NCBI GenBank assembly: GCA_049841235.1
Contig: JASGEM010000030.1
Location: 23,452 to 87,451 of the forward strand
Direction: 5' to 3'
Length of the DNA stretch: 64,000 bases
Source: Propionicimonas sp.
GTDB lineage: Bacteria; Actinomycetota; Actinomycetes; Propionibacteriales; Propionibacteriaceae
A program made the translations under genes and the position numbers. The notes beneath the pieces were generated by a model. It saw only the letters and a list, made by a program, of their open reading frames with translations, ran no database searches and was not told the origin of the DNA. How positions within the stretch are numbered: position 1 is the first letter of the stretch; the number at the start of each line of letters is the position of its first letter. Positions 63,964 to 64,000 of the stretch are shown one piece after another.

Positions 63964-64000
63964 ATGGATCCCAACAACATCGCGGTGAGGTTTGCTGCGG
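63964..64000 (+). CDS. 5' end of an unidentified gene (partial)
   Basis: The ATG at 63964 is preceded by ACAGGAG at 6-nt spacing. It reads MDPNNIAVRFAA and runs off the window. Confidence 0.3.
   Translation, partial: MDPNNIAVRFAA

Noticed and set aside
1-64000. rRNA, tRNA, CRISPR arrays, intact IS elements or prophage genes
   Set aside because: None was recognised in the few intergenic gaps, all under 350 nt. No transposase, integrase, capsid or terminase-like translation appears in the ORF track.

Overview
High-G+C (about 70% by eye) Actinomycetota chromosomal segment, almost completely coding. I saw no rRNA, tRNA, CRISPR array or intact transposase or integrase. All product calls come from motifs read in the supplied translations; no database search was possible.

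Many long ORFs in the track are antisense shadow frames typical of high-GC DNA. Real starts were often reassigned using ATGA or GTGA stop/start overlaps and Shine-Dalgarno-like sequences.

Content, left to right:
- A papain-like protease fused to a 6-repeat propeller, a MATE exporter and a RyR-domain membrane protein.
- A LacI regulator plus a beta-glucoside-type ABC/GH3 operon.
- The conserved actinobacterial block: ECF sigma (SigM-like), MurJ-pseudokinase, an Rv3909-like protein and the CCA-adding enzyme.
- A GntR-controlled ABC operon with two degenerate cyclase-like proteins and a PPC-domain protein.
- MarR-MFS, an acyl-CoA ligase, Tag, an EamA transporter, MscS and a septum-formation-family lipoprotein.
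- A divergent sigma-like gene flanked by iteron-like repeats and DnaA-box-like 9-mers.
- GNAT, NTase and PhzF genes.
- A third sugar ABC operon carrying three alpha/beta-hydrolase folds and an AceE-like TPP enzyme, with LacI and NagB.
- IlvD, an AlkZ/YcaQ-like protein, PfkA and Dcp.

The most interesting locus is a roughly 2.6-kb low-GC islet (42.1-44.8 kb). An 84-aa restriction-modification-type controller (C) protein sits behind a textbook double C-box operator. There is no restriction or methylase gene. The only cargo is a divergently transcribed septin-like P-loop GTPase, translationally coupled to a 119-aa unknown protein, plus a small lipoprotein. I propose it as a candidate novel conflict or defence cassette.

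Two families of interspersed palindromic (REP-like) elements are also present.
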